Origin: Octopus sinensis
Taxonomy: Eukaryota
Reading direction: 5' to 3'
Assembly (NCBI RefSeq): GCF_006345805.1
Contig: NW_021827352.1
Span: forward strand, 1-9,294
DNA: 9,294 nucleotides
Made by a program: the position numbers and the translations under genes. Positions 8,548-9,294 of this stretch are shown here, piece after piece. The notes beneath the pieces are model-generated. The model made no database searches, was not told the origin of the DNA, and saw only the letters and a program-made list of their open reading frames with translations. The number at the start of each line of letters is the position of its first letter. The first letter of the stretch is position 1.

Positions 8548-8800
8548 GATTGTACAAGAGAGAAAAATTTGAAACGAAAGGACCTGACACATCGGCCGGT
8601 TTTATCAACATCAACTGGGGCCATCTATGGATTCATTGGATCACTGTTGGAAACTTTGGCTAAGAGCTTTGCTTCCGTCCCAGCTAACATTTCTTTCACC
8701 AGCAGACATTGACCTTCAAACGTTTCGGGCCCGACATCAGTCACATCCATCACAGCAGACTGTAACAGCCTGCAAAGGTCGTGAGGCTGTGTGTATCACT
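8548..8800. other. Unexplained ~48% GC exon-like or pseudo-coding island
   Basis: GC counted at 87/180 over 8581-8760 against an AT-rich flank. Acceptor-like aattttcag|G at 8547/8548. No protein recognised. Confidence 0.3.
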
Positions 8801-8879
8801 TCACCAGACTAACTTATTGTTATCCTTTGGAGATGGTATCACAAAACTGAAACTAAACATCATTCTGTTTTATCAAGTA

Positions 8880-9262
8880 CTAGCAGTATCGCCCGGCGTT
8901 GCTCGGGTTTGTAAGGGAAATAACTATATAAGCATTTTTAGAGATTTATAGCCAAAAAATAGCAAAAAAAATGCATTAAAAATGGAAAAAAAAATGATGG
9001 TAAATTTTTTTTTAAATCGTTGACTCATTGTAGACATTTTTAGAAAGTTACTTCCTTATATAATAGCGAAAAAATGCACTAAAATGGGTAAAAATGATGG
9101 AAATTATTTTTAAAATCGTAGACGCGCGCTAATACCCAGAAGGGCTCGATATGAATCACGACTATAAGATACCCGGTTTGGTTAACGCACCGCAAAATGT
9201 GGAGTAGTTAGGAATCTAAATCGTAGGAGGACAGACACACAATTTGACTTTATATATAAAGA
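8880..9262 (-). mobile_element. 383-bp non-autonomous Helitron
   Basis: The minus strand reads A|TCTTTATATATAAAG...CCCGAGCAACGCCGGG-8 nt-CTAG|T. This gives a 5' TC, a 16-nt GC hairpin (8892-8907), a 3' CTAG (8880-8883), insertion between A and T, and no TSD. Confidence 0.9.
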
Positions 9263-9267
9263 TTATC

Positions 9268-9294
9268 TATTTGTTCGGCTATTTCCGTAAAAAA
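9268..9294 (+). mobile_element. Inner part of an M3-type TIR (copy M4), running off the window
   Basis: tatttgttcggctatttccgtaaa matches the reverse complement of the M3 right arm at 23/24. Confidence 0.65.

Overview
AT-rich, repeat-saturated eukaryotic non-coding DNA (intron or intergenic). From memory, the tRNA-derived SINEs and the microsatellite load resemble an Octopus/coleoid genome; this is recognition, not a search result. No protein-coding gene is supported, and almost every ORF in the track is a translation of (GATA/GACA)n, (TATG)n, (TCTA)n or (ATT)n. Bases 1-3930 are mostly simple repeats, two with higher-order periodicity. Bases 4270-9294 are a stack of nested transposons. (i) Three, possibly four, foldback MITEs with 5'-GGC(G/A)A termini and 8-bp target-site duplications, consistent with Merlin (IS1016-like) elements; one sits inside a hAT-like element. 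(ii) A non-autonomous Helitron with canonical ends. (iii) tRNA-SINEs, one split by a 137-bp hAT-like MITE and one abutting a retroposon 3' fragment. (iv) One unexplained ~48% GC exon-like island. I see no evidence for a new gene system. The strongest lead is the Merlin-like MITE cluster.
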